DNA of 64,000 bases from the sequence record ON190025.1. One strand, 5' to 3'. Positions 1-9,253 of the stretch are shown here, piece by piece. The position numbers and the translations under genes are program-made. A model generated the notes under the pieces. It saw only the letters and a list, made by a program, of their open reading frames with translations. It ran no database searches and was not told where the DNA came from. Numbering within the stretch: the first letter of the stretch is position 1; each line of letters opens with the position of its first letter.

Positions 1-6
1 CATGCT

Positions 7-483
7 ATGCGTGCAGGTCGTGTGTGTGAAGAATATCGCGTTGAATTATCTGAAGCAGGTTACCCGCTTCTTGATATGATTGCGATGATGGAACGTAAAG
101 GCGTGAAACGTTTTGACTGTAAAGCATTTGCTGAAGCTATGCTATCGTTCGATGGTTGTGTTACCCCTGAGCGTCAAACAGTGACTGCATTTTCAACAAT
201 GGCTGAGTCGAATCGTGTATTCCACCCGAATATCATGTCTAGTCTACGTCCAGTGACTGAAATGGTTGATGATGTTGATTCACTGATTCGTGCTCTTGCA
301 AATGATCAGTTCAGTTCATTCAAGGTTGGTCAATCTTTCTCTGAAGCGATGCTTGATCAAGAAACACTTTACTCGATGATGGAAAACATCGTTGAAAACG
401 GCGTTGACGTTTCGGTTGACGGTACTTTGATTGAGTTCAGCGTTAACGCAACGAACTATCTGATTGATATTGATATTAAGTAG
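7..483 (+). CDS. hypothetical protein (possibly 5'-truncated by the window edge)
   Basis: Open frame from position 1; no motif recognised. Confidence 0.6.
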   Translation: MRAGRVCEEYRVELSEAGYPLLDMIAMMERKGVKRFDCKAFAEAMLSFDGCVTPERQTVTAFSTMAESNRVFHPNIMSSLRPVTEMVDDVDSLIRALANDQFSSFKVGQSFSEAMLDQETLYSMMENIVENGVDVSVDGTLIEFSVNATNYLIDIDIK

Positions 484-490
484 GTGCACA

Positions 491-1138
491 ATGAAGAAAT
501 TTGGTGAATTTTTAACTGAAGTACAAAAGTACAGTTCCGCAGCAACGTCGATACGTGGTAAAGAAGTAGCAGCACTGGTTAAACTATACAAGAAAGGTAT
601 GTTTACACCGGGTGGTACTGCTCTTGACTATGGTGCTGGTAAATACGGTCGTAACGCTGAATTTTTACGCTCTGAAGGCATCAAAACGTATGCATATGAC
701 AAATTCAATGGTACATCTGCTGATGGTTGGACTGATGTCAGTCTGACTATCCCAAATGGGGAATCATTCGATACGGCGTTTACTTCTTACGTACTGAACG
801 TTGTACCTGAAGAAGTCGAAGCAGAGATTATTCGTGATGTTGAGTCTCGTGCTCGTGGTAAAGTTTTCCATATCACTCGCGGTACTGACATTACTCAAAC
901 TGTGTTGAACGTGATCAGTGGTAAAAGCAAAAACGATATCATGATGCAATTCATTGCTCAAGAATATCCAGATCTGTCTATGCAGATTGAAGCAGGTAAT
1001 GCAACAAGAGACGTGGCTAAAGAAATTGCTACTCGCGGTGTAGTTACAGCGAAAGACAGCTTTCAACGTATTCCAGACCTTTCAAAGTACGGTTACAAGA
1101 AATCTGGTTCAGGTGCTTCGGTAGTTTGGACAAAATAA
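491..1138 (+). CDS. class I SAM-dependent methyltransferase with capsid-targeting-like N-terminus
   Basis: Start at 491 after AGGTG; MKKFGEFLTE; motif I LDYGAGKYG, YAYDKF, FDTAFTSYVLNVV. Confidence 0.75.
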   Translation: MKKFGEFLTEVQKYSSAATSIRGKEVAALVKLYKKGMFTPGGTALDYGAGKYGRNAEFLRSEGIKTYAYDKFNGTSADGWTDVSLTIPNGESFDTAFTSYVLNVVPEEVEAEIIRDVESRARGKVFHITRGTDITQTVLNVISGKSKNDIMMQFIAQEYPDLSMQIEAGNATRDVAKEIATRGVVTAKDSFQRIPDLSKYGYKKSGSGASVVWTK

Positions 1139-1155
1139 TTTGAAATTATTTGAAT

Positions 1156-1191
1156 AAAAGGGTTGCTTCGGCAACCCTTTTTGCGTATTAT
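1156..1191 (+). promoter_or_regulatory. combined intrinsic terminator and early sigma70-type promoter
   Basis: AAAAGGGTTGC-TTCG-GCAACCCTTTT hairpin; TTGCTT (1163) -17 nt- TATTAT (1186). Confidence 0.8.
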
Positions 1192-1232
1192 AGCTCTATC
1201 GAAACGAGATACGAAAACAAAGAGAGTACATT

Positions 1233-1499
1233 ATGATGATTACTGAATCAATTCGCCTTACTACTGTACGTGATATGCTAGACTGCCCTGCTACGTCTTT
1301 CGCATTCTGGTCGCGAGAATTCATGATTATGCCTGACGAAGATTTAACAATCAAGACAGACGAAGAAAAAGTGACATTTATTCTTCTTGACTCTATGTGT
1401 GTTGTTACTGTAACATTAGACGATACATTAGAAACATTAGAAGCGGAATTCTCAGATGCACTTACAGAACGAGCAAAACGAGCAAAACGAATAGTTTAA
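1233..1499 (+). CDS. hypothetical early protein
   Basis: ORF with GAGAG SD behind the early promoter. Confidence 0.7.
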   Translation: MMITESIRLTTVRDMLDCPATSFAFWSREFMIMPDEDLTIKTDEEKVTFILLDSMCVVTVTLDDTLETLEAEFSDALTERAKRAKRIV

Positions 1500-1546
1500 C
1501 TGCTCGTATTTGTTAGATATAATACTCAAACATTGAAGGAAACATT

Positions 1547-2008
1547 ATGATTTATATTGAAACGAGCAACATTCTATCTGATGACACTCTTGGGTTTGCA
1601 ATTGCAGGTGCGCCTCAAATCGACCAGCTTGAGAAAAAAGAGCGTGACAACGTACTCAATAAAGCAATTGAAGTCAAGCTTTATGAGCGTCTACCGTCAA
1701 CTGCTGTCCTTGATTTTCTCTTAAATCAAAAGATTTCATTCATTGCCGTTTTGAGCAAAGTTTCGGTTATTGCTGAACAACAACGCGCTTGGTTTGATAC
1801 GCTCGGTAAGCAATTAAACGTTGATGTAATGTACACTGACTTTCAAGAAGTCGAGCATACTCGCGATACACTATTGATTGCTGAAGATCGTCATGAACTG
1901 AAGCTTCACGCTCAGAAAGATGGTAAGATTCTTCCATTTTCAACACATACACAATTTCAATTCATCATCGACCATTTAAAGATTCAGGTCGATACTAAGG
2001 AGCAGTAA
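1547..2008 (+). CDS. hypothetical protein, degenerate HAD-like
   Basis: YIETSNIL and LLIAEDR sit where HAD motifs I and IV would be, but the Asp residues are missing. Confidence 0.55.
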   Translation: MIYIETSNILSDDTLGFAIAGAPQIDQLEKKERDNVLNKAIEVKLYERLPSTAVLDFLLNQKISFIAVLSKVSVIAEQQRAWFDTLGKQLNVDVMYTDFQEVEHTRDTLLIAEDRHELKLHAQKDGKILPFSTHTQFQFIIDHLKIQVDTKEQ

Positions 2009-2358
2009 TGCAAGAAAAGCCAGATTTACTTAAAGACGACGAAATTGTTGATGTAGTCGATGATCAAGAGGTACAAGAATATCTCGAACAGATTAACGCT
2101 CAACGCCGTGCTTTGATTGAGAAAGAAGCTAAACGACGCATCAAAAAGAACTCGCGTGAGATTAAACGTCTGCGTAAGCACGCTGAAAAGTGTTTAATTG
2201 AAGAGAACAAAGCGGGTTATATCTACGCAATTCGTAAGCTGCGTTCTATTACTGGTCAAACTGTCGGTGACGATGTGCTTGAGACGCTTTGGGAAACAAG
2301 TCGCGAACAAGTATTGACTATCGTACGCTCTTTCGCAGAAGCGAAAGCGGGTCAGTAA
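2008..2358 (+). CDS. a-gt.4: T4 a-gt.4-like conserved protein
   Basis: KKNSREIKRLRKHAE...YIYAIRKLR...LWETSREQV pattern; position upstream of gene 47. Confidence 0.65.
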   Translation: MQEKPDLLKDDEIVDVVDDQEVQEYLEQINAQRRALIEKEAKRRIKKNSREIKRLRKHAEKCLIEENKAGYIYAIRKLRSITGQTVGDDVLETLWETSREQVLTIVRSFAEAKAGQ

Positions 2359-2822
2359 TGGACATCAAATCAGGCGCTGGTTACCCAGCCAGTGCGCTGT
2401 CGAACTTTGCGCCACACGCATTCACTGTGCGTGGCGTTGAATGTGCTTCAATGGAAGGGTTTCTTCAGTCACTGAAGTTTAAAAACCCTGATATGCAACG
2501 TGAAGTCTGCAAGCTTGTAGGTAAAGTTGCTAAAGCACGCGGTGCAAAGAAGAACTGGCAGCGCACTCAGACACTTTATTGGCAAGGTGAGCCGATTCAG
2601 AGAGGTTCGGTTGGTTATCAATCGTTACTCGATGATGCGTACGCTGCGTTGGCTCAGAACGTCAAATTTCAAAAGGCACTGCTTGCTACTGGTAAAGCTA
2701 CCCTTACTCATTCAATCGGGCGTAAGAAGCAGGCAGAGACGGTTTTAACTGTACAAGAATTCTGTAGCCGATTGACAGAGATTCGGGAACATTTGCAGAA
2801 TGAAGCTTATGAACGTAGTTAA
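2358..2822 (+). CDS. 30.3: NADAR-family protein (T4 gp30.3-like, ADP-ribosyl-guanine hydrolase)
   Basis: ALSNFAPHAF, SMEGFLQSLKF, TLYWQG, QNVKFQKALLAT motifs; start at 2358 coupled to the upstream stop. Confidence 0.8.
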   Translation: MDIKSGAGYPASALSNFAPHAFTVRGVECASMEGFLQSLKFKNPDMQREVCKLVGKVAKARGAKKNWQRTQTLYWQGEPIQRGSVGYQSLLDDAYAALAQNVKFQKALLATGKATLTHSIGRKKQAETVLTVQEFCSRLTEIREHLQNEAYERS

Positions 2823-3309
2823 ATTGATGATTCGTGCGATCACTCGCGCTAAGAAAGCAAAGCCGATTGTTTACATTGACATGGACAATGTGCTTGTTGA
2901 CTTCAAAAGCGGTATTGATGCTCTTTCAATATGGGAGCGCAATCAATATGAAGGTCGCTACGATGAATGCCCGGGTATTTTCGCTCACATGAAACCACTC
3001 AACGGTGCAGTTTCTGCATTTGAAATGTTGAACAAACACTTCGATTGCTATATACTATCTACCGCACCGTGGGATAATCCCGGTGCATGGCAAGATAAAC
3101 GATTGTGGGTTGAGCGTTACTTAGGTAAAGGCGCTTACAAACGACTGATCTTGTCACACAATAAGCAGTTAAACTTCGGTCATTATCTCATCGACGACCG
3201 CACTAAAAACGGTGCAGGTGAGTTTATGGGCGAACACATTCACTTTGGCACAGACGAATTCCCTGATTGGGCTTCGGTTGTGACTTACCTTACGAGTGAG
3301 AAAAAATGA
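2800..3309 (+). CDS. 5'(3')-deoxyribonucleotidase, HAD family
   Basis: YIDMDNVLVDF, ILSTAPW, KRLW, YLIDDR. Confidence 0.85.
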   Translation: MKLMNVVKLMIRAITRAKKAKPIVYIDMDNVLVDFKSGIDALSIWERNQYEGRYDECPGIFAHMKPLNGAVSAFEMLNKHFDCYILSTAPWDNPGAWQDKRLWVERYLGKGAYKRLILSHNKQLNFGHYLIDDRTKNGAGEFMGEHIHFGTDEFPDWASVVTYLTSEKK

Positions 3310-4349
3310 GCAAAATAGCACTGGTTGGTGACTTACATATCGGCATTAAAGATGACGACTTGTGGGTTCAAAACTACCAACGAGAATTCTTCGATTTTAT
3401 GTTTGCTGAACTTGAAGAGCGCGGTGTAAAACAGATCATTCAGCTAGGCGACTGGTTTGATGTTCGACGCGGTGCGACTCAAGAAACATTGATGTTTCAG
3501 CGAACGTATCTAAATGGCATGCTGAAGGGATATGACACTCACGTTCTAGTGGGTAACCATGACATGCACTTGCGTGAATGCATTGTACCTAATACACCGT
3601 ATGAAGTACTGAGCATTGTCCCTGATGTGACTATCTATGAAAAACCGACAACGGTTGAGTTTGATGGCGTGAAAATCGACATTATTCCGTGGATTTGTAA
3701 AGAAAATGCGGTTGAAATCGATGAATTCATCAAAAAATCGACATCTGAATACTGTGTCGGTCACTTCGAACTAAATGGTTTTGAATTTCATCGCGGTCAG
3801 AAAGCAACGGGCTGTCTTGATGCTGGCTTCTTGAAGAAGTACAAGCAAGTATGGTCTGGTCACTTTCACACTCAGTCTGAAGCAGGCAACATCAAGTATC
3901 TTGGTACTCCGTATACATTGACACTTGCAGATGCTGACGACAAGCGTGGTTTTTGGTTGTTCGATACTGAAACTCATGAAATGGAGTTTATCGAGAACCC
4001 TAACTGTTGGCATACAAAGCTTTACTTTGATGCCGAGACGTTTGACCCGAAAACAATCCCGAGCTATGAAAACCGTAACGTCAAGATTATCGTTGAACGT
4101 CGTTCAAGCGACAAGCGAGAAATCTCGTTTGATGTCGTCGAAGACCGTATTGCACAAATCGCACATGCGTGTCAAACGCTTGATGAATTGGATATCAAGA
4201 AAGATGTTGCCGAAGACATCAAATCGATCAAAGACATTGACGACTATGTTGCTGAGTATGCAGATACGCTTGACGAATCGACTGATGTTAAGACGAAAGT
4301 TAAATCTATCTTCTCGGCGCTTCGTGCTGAAGCTTTGGAGAATGCATAA
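3306..4349 (+). CDS. 47: recombination endonuclease subunit gp47 (Mre11/SbcD-like)
   Basis: GDLHIG, LGDWFD, VGNHD, GHFELNGF, SGHFH metallophosphoesterase motifs. Confidence 0.95.
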   Translation: MSKIALVGDLHIGIKDDDLWVQNYQREFFDFMFAELEERGVKQIIQLGDWFDVRRGATQETLMFQRTYLNGMLKGYDTHVLVGNHDMHLRECIVPNTPYEVLSIVPDVTIYEKPTTVEFDGVKIDIIPWICKENAVEIDEFIKKSTSEYCVGHFELNGFEFHRGQKATGCLDAGFLKKYKQVWSGHFHTQSEAGNIKYLGTPYTLTLADADDKRGFWLFDTETHEMEFIENPNCWHTKLYFDAETFDPKTIPSYENRNVKIIVERRSSDKREISFDVVEDRIAQIAHACQTLDELDIKKDVAEDIKSIKDIDDYVAEYADTLDESTDVKTKVKSIFSALRAEALENA

Positions 4350-4573
4350 TGGAACGTGAACTAGTAAGTCCTTGTAAAATCTGCGGCAAACTTCCGTTTA
4401 TTCATAAGCCGCCAGTAATGGCAAATGGGTGTAGTTTCACAGCGTGGATTGTTGAATGTGACAACGACGATGATGATCAGCGCACTCCTCCTTTCGTTGA
4501 GCATAGTCTAGTCGTCTATGGTTCTACTAAAGAAGAAGCAGTTGACCGATGGGATGAAATAGCCAATGATTAA
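4349..4573 (+). CDS. Lar/restriction-alleviation-like small Zn-binding protein
   Basis: PCKICG...ECD...TKEEAVDRWD pattern. Confidence 0.5.
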   Translation: MERELVSPCKICGKLPFIHKPPVMANGCSFTAWIVECDNDDDDQRTPPFVEHSLVVYGSTKEEAVDRWDEIAND

Positions 4574-6803
4574 GTTTAAAGACGTAACATATAGTAATAT
4601 CATGTCAGTAGGCAACACGCCTATTACAGTAGATTTATCTGAGTTTAATAAGACATTGATTACTGGTACAAACGGTGCTGGTAAATCGACGTTTATCGAA
4701 GCAGTTTGTTTCGCGTTGTACGGTAAACCATTCCGTAATATCAAAAAGACTCAGATAGTCAACGCCGTGAATAAGAAAAAGCTATTGGTTGAAATTACAT
4801 TTCAAGACAATAAGCATGTTTATAAAATCATTCGCGGTATTAAACCAAACAAGTTCGAAATCTACAAAGACGATGAACTAATCCCGCAAGAAGCTGCTGT
4901 TGCTGATTATCAAGACATGCTCGAAAAGAACATCTTGAAAATGAGTCTAAGCACGTTTAAACAGATTGCGGTGCTAGGCACAGCGGGTTATACTCCATTT
5001 ATGCTTTTACCTGCGGGTAAACGTCGTGAAATCGTAGAAGACTTGCTTGATATCGGTATCTTCAGTGATATGGCAGCGTTGAACAAAGTTGCGCTGAAAC
5101 AACTCAATGAGAAGATCAAAGATACCGAAGCTGAAATCGAACGTCGAATGGGTGAGCTTAAACTCCACATTCAGTTTCAGAAAGAACAGCAAGATAACCG
5201 TGATGGTGATCTTGCTCAACTTGAAGCGCGTAAGAAAGAAGCTGAAGCAGAGCTTGTACCTATTGGTATTGCAATCGCAGAGCTTGAAAATCAAATCAGC
5301 GGCGATAGCAAGATTCTACGTGATCTGAAACAGAAGCTTGATTTTGAACTGTCAGCGGCAGAAGAAGAGCACGAAACTGAACTTGCTGCGTTAGATTCTG
5401 AGCACCGTGCCAATATCAACGAGATCGAATCTAAACAGAAAGAAGAACTTGATGAACTCAAGGCTAAGCAAACAAGCGAACAGAACGTAATCGACGAGCT
5501 GAATGAACAAGAAGTTCTCGACCTCGACAAAGAACACTCACAAGAATTGATTGATTTCGATAAAGAGACCGAGAAAAACACACCAGAAGCACCCGATGCT
5601 GATGCTATTGCTGCTGATACTTCGACGGTGTTGAGCAACAAGAAAGAAATCGCGAAGCTCAAAGAGAATAAAGAATTCTTCGAGAAGAACGGTGACTGTG
5701 AATGTTCGACGTGTAAGCAAACAATTTCGTCTGATTTCGCGCAAAGTGTCATTGATATGGCTGATTCGCAGATCGCAACTCTTACTGAAGAAAGCAAAGC
5801 ACTTGCTGAAAGAATTCGTGCTGCTCAAGCGCAGTCTAAAGCTCGTAGTGAGTATATTAGCACTCGTGCGAGTGAACGTTCAGCTTTAGATGAGAAACAG
5901 CGTACAGAGCGTTCTGTGCTTGTTAAAAAGCAATCAGAGAAGCGTGCTGAAGTAATCGAAGCGCAGCGTGAAGAAATGTCGAAGAAAACCAGTATTTTCA
6001 ACGATACACTGACGTTGTTACGTGAAGAACAATCTAAAGCTCGTGCAGAATCAGTTGCGCAGTTTGCTGACATCAAAGCGTCATTGACCGATAAGGGTGC
6101 GAGTGAACGCGAAGAATTAGCGAATAACATCGCTAAAGACAAAGCTGAATTAGCGAAAGCAATAACTAACGAGCAGAACTTGACGTCCAAGATTGCGACT
6201 ATCAATGCAGACATTGAAGACGTAAAAGCGAAAGCTGCAACGGAAGACCGCTCGGCGCTGATCAAGAAACTGACTGCTGAAGTTCGTGAAGTGAAGGCAG
6301 GCTTGCAAAATGATTTGCAGACTAAGCACTGTCGTACCATCGTTGGTACATTATTGAAAGATGACGGCGTGAAGTCGATGATCGTTCGCCAGTACATTCC
6401 GATGATCAACAAGTATATCAATGACTACTTGAAGACCATGAATGCAAACTACAACTTTGTTCTTGATGAAGAATTCAACGAGACGATTAAATCTCGTGGT
6501 CGTGACGACTTTAGTTACACGTCATTCTCTCAAGGCGAACGTTGTCGTATTGACTTGGCATTGCTATTCGCGTTTCGTGACTTAGTAAGTGCTCGTACAG
6601 GCTCAATGACCAACCTATTAGTACTCGATGAAGTATTTGATTCGGCTGCTGATACTGATGGTGTTGATTCTATCAACCAAATCTTGAGCAGTATTCAAGA
6701 TAACGTGTTTATTATCTCACACAGTGAGAAGCATGAACAAAGCATGTTCGATAAGCATATTAAATTTGCCAAGAAAGGTAATTTCACAAGAGAGGTCAAA
6801 TGA
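4566..6803 (+). CDS. 46: recombination endonuclease subunit gp46 (Rad50/SbcC-like ATPase) with long coiled coil
   Basis: Walker A GTNGAGKS, Zn hook CSTC, signature FSQGE, Walker B VLDEVFD, H-loop ISH. Confidence 0.95.
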   Translation: MIKFKDVTYSNIMSVGNTPITVDLSEFNKTLITGTNGAGKSTFIEAVCFALYGKPFRNIKKTQIVNAVNKKKLLVEITFQDNKHVYKIIRGIKPNKFEIYKDDELIPQEAAVADYQDMLEKNILKMSLSTFKQIAVLGTAGYTPFMLLPAGKRREIVEDLLDIGIFSDMAALNKVALKQLNEKIKDTEAEIERRMGELKLHIQFQKEQQDNRDGDLAQLEARKKEAEAELVPIGIAIAELENQISGDSKILRDLKQKLDFELSAAEEEHETELAALDSEHRANINEIESKQKEELDELKAKQTSEQNVIDELNEQEVLDLDKEHSQELIDFDKETEKNTPEAPDADAIAADTSTVLSNKKEIAKLKENKEFFEKNGDCECSTCKQTISSDFAQSVIDMADSQIATLTEESKALAERIRAAQAQSKARSEYISTRASERSALDEKQRTERSVLVKKQSEKRAEVIEAQREEMSKKTSIFNDTLTLLREEQSKARAESVAQFADIKASLTDKGASEREELANNIAKDKAELAKAITNEQNLTSKIATINADIEDVKAKAATEDRSALIKKLTAEVREVKAGLQNDLQTKHCRTIVGTLLKDDGVKSMIVRQYIPMINKYINDYLKTMNANYNFVLDEEFNETIKSRGRDDFSYTSFSQGERCRIDLALLFAFRDLVSARTGSMTNLLVLDEVFDSAADTDGVDSINQILSSIQDNVFIISHSEKHEQSMFDKHIKFAKKGNFTREVK

Positions 6804-7264
6804 AACTCGTACCGATGACGGTCGATTACAGTGAAGATATTTACACGATGTGTAAGTATCTTTTACTTAACGACACACACACAGAATGTCCAGAAACGAA
6901 GATCGGGCGCTTTATGCTCGGTCGTGCGACTGGTCATACAACTTCGATGGTAAAAGCCGCAGAGCGTCTACGACGCGAAGGTTTCAATGTGCTTGAAGTC
7001 TATTACAACGAATTAAATCGTTCGATGAATCGCCGTGGTTGTAATCATGACATGGCAACGACTTATGACAAGATCGTTCGTGATGGGGTTTATCACAACG
7101 CATTCGTAGGTCGTGGCAATGCAAATATGCCAGACATCATCTTGTTTGACACATATTCGTTTGCTGAACAACGCATTCGCGGTGTATCTACGAAAGTAGA
7201 TGAATTGATGCATATTTTGCATCGTGAGTTTAACAAGAAAACTGCGTTTTTCTTCATTCAATAG
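6800..7264 (+). CDS. hypothetical protein, degenerate P-loop-like
   Basis: GRATGHTT and PDIILFD resemble decayed Walker A and B motifs. Confidence 0.55.
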   Translation: MKLVPMTVDYSEDIYTMCKYLLLNDTHTECPETKIGRFMLGRATGHTTSMVKAAERLRREGFNVLEVYYNELNRSMNRRGCNHDMATTYDKIVRDGVYHNAFVGRGNANMPDIILFDTYSFAEQRIRGVSTKVDELMHILHREFNKKTAFFFIQ

Positions 7265-7530
7265 TGTTTAGACCGGTAAATAGCCGTGCTAATATAAGCG
7301 CAGCTATTGAGGAAATGCAAATGAACTTAGACAATTATCAATCTATGCCAGAGATAAAACATTGGGTTATCATTGATGCATTCACTGGCGAAGAAAAAAT
7401 CATCCCTGAGGCTCAACTACTAGAAGCGTTCGGTAAAGAGCGTTGGTTGAAAATCACATCTGGTCTAGACGACTACTTTACTGCTTACGAGTATAACTTT
7501 GAATATACTGAACGTGGCTTTAAACTTTAA
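7264..7530 (+). CDS. 45.2: gp45.2-like conserved protein
   Basis: IDAFTGEE...FGKERWLKITSG; syntenic between 46 and 45; GTG start. Confidence 0.6.
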   Translation: MFRPVNSRANISAAIEEMQMNLDNYQSMPEIKHWVIIDAFTGEEKIIPEAQLLEAFGKERWLKITSGLDDYFTAYEYNFEYTERGFKL

Positions 7531-7564
7531 TTGAATAAAATATCATAATCTTGAAGGTAAAAGA

Positions 7565-8230
7565 ATGAAACTATCTAAATCTACAATCGAAGTACTGAAA
7601 AACTTTGCAGGCATCAACAACGGCATGGTTATCCATCAAGGTTCTCGACTACGTACTCAAGACAACTTGAACAAGCAAATCGCTTACGCTGACATCGAAG
7701 ATTCGTTCCCTGTAGAGTTTGCAGTGTACGATCTGGGTGAGTTTCTAAGCGCGTTGAACTTGCTTGACAATGCTGAACTTGATTTCCAAGAAAAATACGT
7801 TGTCGTTACTGGTGATGGTGGTACGAAGCTTACGTTCCAATATGCAAACGCTGAGTTTGTAACTGAAGCACCTGAAAAAGTAAACTTCCCTACTGAACTA
7901 GACGGCGGTGCTGAGTTTGATCTCAAAGGTGAAGATCTACAGCGCGTTAAAAAAGCGTCTGCGACACTAGGTCTTTCTGACATTTGTGTTCGAACTGAAG
8001 CGGGTAGCACTGCAATCACGCTATCAGCTACTGATGCACAAGGTTCAAGCAAACACACGTTTGAAATCAACGTTGGTGAAGTTGAATCAGACGTTGAATT
8101 CAAGTTCTTCTTCAAAGCAGAGCGTTTGAACATCGTTGATCAAGACTACAAAGTTTCGATTCACCCAGCGGGTATTTCTCGCTTCTTGGGTCTATCCCTT
8201 GAGTACTTCATTGCAACCGAAGCACTTTAA
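7565..8230 (+). CDS. 45: sliding clamp gp45
   Basis: MKLSKSTIEVLKNFAGIN, FAVYDLGEFLSAL; synteny. Confidence 0.95.
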   Translation: MKLSKSTIEVLKNFAGINNGMVIHQGSRLRTQDNLNKQIAYADIEDSFPVEFAVYDLGEFLSALNLLDNAELDFQEKYVVVTGDGGTKLTFQYANAEFVTEAPEKVNFPTELDGGAEFDLKGEDLQRVKKASATLGLSDICVRTEAGSTAITLSATDAQGSSKHTFEINVGEVESDVEFKFFFKAERLNIVDQDYKVSIHPAGISRFLGLSLEYFIATEAL

Positions 8231-8247
8231 GTTATTTGTAAGTTATC

Positions 8248-8269
8248 GGGGCTGCAAAGCCCCTTTTTT
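8248..8269 (+). terminator. intrinsic terminator after gene 45
   Basis: GGGGCT-GCAA-AGCCCC followed by T6. Confidence 0.75.
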
Positions 8270-8296
8270 GAAAATTTTATTATGGGAAACGACTAA

Positions 8297-9247
8297 ATGA
8301 ATTTTGATCCGAAAGAACTTCTATGGGAACAACGCTACCGTCCACAAACAATCAACGACTGTGTATTACCCGAGCGCGTGCGTGAACACTTTCAAGCGAT
8401 GATTGATTCGGGTGAAATCCCAAATATGCTGTTAGCAAGTTCTTCACCTGGTACTGGTAAAACGACTGTTGCGCGTGCTGTGCTTGCAGATATGGGTTAT
8501 GAAGTGCTTTTCATTAACGCATCATCTAGTCGCGGCATCAAGCTTGTACAGAACGATTTACCTGCATTCTGTTCGACTGTATCATTCTCTGGTAAGCCAA
8601 AAGCAATCATTCTTGATGAGGCAGACAACTTAACACCAGATGCTCAGAAAGCACTACGTGGTTTGATTGAGCAATACAGCAAAAACGTTCGCTTTATTCT
8701 GACATGTAACTATTCTCAGAAAATCTTAACACCGATTCGTTCACGTCTACAGACATTCGAGTTTGTATACGACAAAGACGAGCGACTATCGTGTATCAAG
8801 CAAATGATTCTGCGTTCGATGAGTATTTGTAAGCAAGAAGGCATTTCTGTGACTAATGCAGCGGTGTTGAAAGAGCTTGTAAAACGCAATTACCCAGACA
8901 ATCGTAAAACTGTTGTTGCGTTGCAGAATTATTCTCGTAAAGGTGTTATCGACGAAGGTATTCTTTCAGAGATCACGGCAAACGATGATATTTCTGAAAT
9001 GATTGCGGCTTTGAAATCGAAAGACTTCAAAACGATTCGCGGTCTAATTCCGAAATACTCTGGCGATCTCGCGTCGTTTCTACATAATCTTTACAAAGCG
9101 GCATATACTGACTTAGACGGTAATAGCATCCCGACATTCATTCAAATTGTAGGCGAAGCAAACAACAACGCTACAACTTGTGTCGATACTGAAATTCTAC
9201 TAGCGTACACGCTTGTTCAAATCATGCTTGAGTGTACTTTCGTATAA
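8297..9247 (+). CDS. 44: clamp loader large subunit gp44 (AAA+)
   Basis: WEQRYRP, SPGTGKTT, ILDEAD, QKALRGLIE, SRL. Confidence 0.95.
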   Translation: MNFDPKELLWEQRYRPQTINDCVLPERVREHFQAMIDSGEIPNMLLASSSPGTGKTTVARAVLADMGYEVLFINASSSRGIKLVQNDLPAFCSTVSFSGKPKAIILDEADNLTPDAQKALRGLIEQYSKNVRFILTCNYSQKILTPIRSRLQTFEFVYDKDERLSCIKQMILRSMSICKQEGISVTNAAVLKELVKRNYPDNRKTVVALQNYSRKGVIDEGILSEITANDDISEMIAALKSKDFKTIRGLIPKYSGDLASFLHNLYKAAYTDLDGNSIPTFIQIVGEANNNATTCVDTEILLAYTLVQIMLECTFV

Positions 9248-9253
9248 GGGGGT

